Notes under the pieces: model-generated
What the model was told of the DNA's origin: nothing
The model's input: the letters and a program-made list of their open reading frames with translations, nothing else
Databases searched by the model: none
In this document: positions 61,473 to 64,000 of the stretch, piece by piece
Numbering within the stretch: the stretch's first letter is position 1
Layout of the letters: every line of letters starts with the position of its first letter
Program-made: the position numbers and the translations under genes
NCBI GenBank assembly: GCA_965603825.1
Contig: CBFDEM010000060.1
Span: forward strand, 310,001 to 374,000
DNA length: 64,000 nucleotides
Reading direction: 5' to 3'
From: Blepharisma stoltei ATCC 30299
Taxonomy: Eukaryota; Protista; Ciliophora

Positions 61473-61541
61473 ATTAAGGCGTAAATGAAAATTAAAATTA
61501 AAAAACTTTAAAATTTTTTTCTTTAAGCATATTAATTAATA

Positions 61542-61898
61542 ATGGAAGAATGAAAGTATGAACTTTGTGACTGCGGAAGAAATCCCTTCATGTTCGTTTG
61601 ATCTCTTTGCGTGCCATGTGGATATCATTGTATGCAAACATGCAGTGCAAAACATGCAGAACCTTTGAATAAAACTGTGGCTCTCAGGGCGTTCTTATGT
61701 GTTTCTTTCTTTGGCTGCCTCGGAGGATCAATAAACCGTCATTTGCTTAGAAAATCAATGAAGATAAAAGACAACGCAGTTTATGATTTTGTACATTTGA
61801 TAATTCCTTGCTGTGCTGCCACTCAAGAGTGGATGCAAGTTATGAAAACAATGAAAGGGAATGAGGAAACTTTGATCACGCAGCTTAAAGCTATTTAA
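61542..61898 (+). CDS. PLAC8/cornifelin family Cys-rich protein, 118 aa
   Basis: MEE(W=TGA)KYELCDC, LCVPC, NRHLLRKSMKI, PCCAATQEW. Confidence 0.88.
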
Positions 61899-62251
61899 TT
61901 TAATTAGACTGATACACATAATTTATTAGAAAACGTTTAAAATTTTAAGTTTAAAAATTATTGTTAATATTAGAATTGAAAAGAAATTTCTCAGTTTAAT
62001 GTAGTATTATATGCGCTTTCCTAATTGGTCGAATTAAATTTATTTTACTACTGCTTAAAAAGCTTAAAAATTGTGATGACGGTATAACATTTTATGGTCA
62101 ATTCAATCTTAATTTTAATGAGGATATTTTCTAGTTTTAAGATCTAGAAAGTAACTATAATTGCCTATATTAAAGATCTCAAATAATTAAAACTACTGAA
62201 TAAAATGCAATCCTCATTTATCATATTATTTTAAATCTAGAATCTATAATA

Positions 62252-62936
62252 ATGGGAAATATATGCAGAAAGGATCCTCTGCTTCTTACCGAACCTAATG
62301 AAAATCGCTTAAAAATAACTCAAACATACTGCATTAGCGTTCAGCCTAATTTAGTAAAGCCTCAAAAAAATTCTCGGCTTGGTGTTAGAAATATATCTAG
62401 CATTGAGTGTCGATCAATTTATCGAGATTTGAAGTTTGAGTGCGGTCTGATGAAACACAAAATTAATGATTTAATTGGGCAGTCAAAAATACTGCAAGCA
62501 AGCTTAGGTGAGATTTGTGTATTTGCTCATATAGGCAAAAATAATGAATTCTGAATTGGAAGTTAAAGTCCTCAAGGAAATGACGCAAAATCTTACTAAA
62601 GAAAATATTGAGATGAATAAACGATTAAAATCTAAAGAATTGCCCATCAATGAAGAAAATCTAGAAGTTTTACAGCAAAAAGCTGAAAAATCTCAATATG
62701 AAGTAAAGATTTTGAAGTGTGAAATTGAAAAATACAAGGAAAGCGCTAAACATACAGAAATAAAACTAAAAGAATTAAAGGATTCAGCTGATAGCAGCAT
62801 TATTCAGACTTTCCAGGATCTTAAAAGTGAAATAGATTTTTATGAATCAAAAATTAGCGAAACTGAGCTAGAAAATTTAGAGCTGGAAAAAAAAATTGAT
62901 CTTTGGAACTACGAAATCAATTGTATTGGAATATAA
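62252..62936 (+). CDS. Coiled-coil protein with N-terminal acylation-type motif (MGNIC), 222 aa, one intron
   Basis: The two overlapping track ORFs (62252, 62544) are joined in frame by removing the 16-nt intron 62519-62534; TAA stop. Confidence 0.8.
62519..62534 (+). other. 16-nt intron (GTATTTGCTCATATAG)
   Basis: GT..AG with A six nt from the 3' end; corrects the frameshift between two ORFs. Confidence 0.85.
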
Positions 62937-62975
62937 ATATCTTTTTACATTATTTTCAATTCATTATTATATTTT

Positions 62976-63614
62976 TTAAATTTCATAACTATTCATTTGC
63001 TCTCTAATCAGCCTAAGAGCATCTTCGCATTCTTTAACCTTCAGCTCAGCCTGGAAAACCTTCAGCTTTGTATCACCCAAATTATGGTCAATTTGCATTG
63101 TGAGTGATCTCAATTTTCTTGAATCCTCAATAATGTTGTCCATGTCTTCATCAATTGGCCAAGCTAAAATCGGCTGCGGTGAAAAATTGAGTGGATCAAT
63201 ATTGTTTTCTAGTTTTACTTTGAAATCATCTACCACACATTTATAGGCCTTGTTATTGACTTCTAAGTTTTCTGAAATATGCCCCTCCAAAATGGCATCC
63301 AATAGTTGAGGGGAAGGAGATCGCTTTCTTGGAGGAGTTCGTGATCTGCTTTTTCTTCTTTCATAGCTTCGATCATCTCTTCTGTATTTATCGTCACGTC
63401 TGTCATCCCTTCTGTCGTCTCTTCGGTCGTCTCGTCTGTAATCTCATCTATCATCTCGTCTGTCATCTCTTCGATGTCGATCTCTGTCATCCCTGTAATC
63501 GTTTCTTCTGTCATTTCCCCTTTCACTTTGAGAGGAGTCATACAATACTTTATATTGCTGAGAATGATTATTACTGGATCTGGAGCTATCTTTATATCTA
63601 TCATATCTAGACAT
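62976..63614 (-). CDS. RD/RS-rich protein with C-terminal coiled coil, 212 aa, possibly a nuclear RNA-processing factor
   Basis: ATG at 63614; MSRYDRYKDSSRS...(RRDD)n...RRKSRSRTPPRKRSPSP, in frame (one TGA) with track ORF 62976-63302. Confidence 0.82.
63365..63515 (-). repeat. Imperfect 12-nt coding tandem repeat encoding (RRDD)n
   Basis: Units such as AGACGAGACGAC, CGAAGAGACGAC, AGAAGGGATGAC and AGACGTGACGAT on the minus strand. Confidence 0.8.
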
Positions 63615-64000
63615 TTTATTATAGTTATATAATTTAATTCTTATGGAATATTGAGAAAATAAAGTTTTGATATTATATCATACTTTAAATAAATTTATTA
63701 GTGAGAAAGGGGAATTAATATTAAATTCATAATTTCTTATTTTCGTCAATTATGCATCGCTCTGCCGATACTTTTAGAAAACCATATTATGCTGCTTGGA
63801 GATTAAAAATAGTCTAATGATTCGAAAATTAGAAGATAAAACTAGTGCTCAAGGGTATTAAAATATAAGTAAATTTTTTGCAAAATTTATATTTCTTTAA
63901 TACGATGCTATAAGACACATTTTTTTAAGGATTTTAATAAAAATTGATCATAATAATAAATATAGACAGCTGTTTAAAAACTAAACATTAGTTTATCTAG

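Noticed and set aside
63263-63604. Track ORF with TEE/MTDE repeats, and the antisense Cys/His-rich ORF 63329-63610
   Set aside because: These are alternative frames of the (RRDD)n repeat; the RD/RS frame from ATG 63614 joins the downstream ORF cleanly.

Overview
Gene-dense, AT-rich eukaryotic DNA, most consistent with the macronuclear genome of a heterotrich ciliate such as Blepharisma. In-frame TGA repeatedly falls on conserved Trp positions while TAA/TAG end genes, and the introns are 15-16 nt GT-AG spliceosomal introns. The supplied ORF track uses the standard code and therefore fragments most genes. Re-reading by hand with UGA=Trp gives 28 protein-coding genes: an axonemal dynein heavy chain (runs off the left edge), two cyclic-nucleotide-binding K+ channels, NEK and WNK kinases, a 4028-aa HECT E3 ligase, an acid lipase, a DUF229-like protein, an LRR protein, OPA3, dynein light chain LC8, a START protein, SFT2, a USP25/28-like deubiquitinase, a Rab, a membrane RING-H2 ligase, an SLC35F5-like transporter, PLAC8 and several unknowns. 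There are six tiny introns and one decayed duplicate fragment of the HECT gene. The most notable observations are (i) a stand-alone 68-aa microprotein matching only the ribosome-binding N-terminal motif of PDCD4, (ii) a WNK kinase ending in a bacterial-type peptidoglycan-binding domain, (iii) extreme gene-to-gene bias in UGA versus UGG use, and (iv) putative CCDC81-type HU domains on the dynein tail. No RNA genes, transposons, CRISPR arrays or telomeres were recognised. All family calls come from motif recognition by eye; no searches were run.
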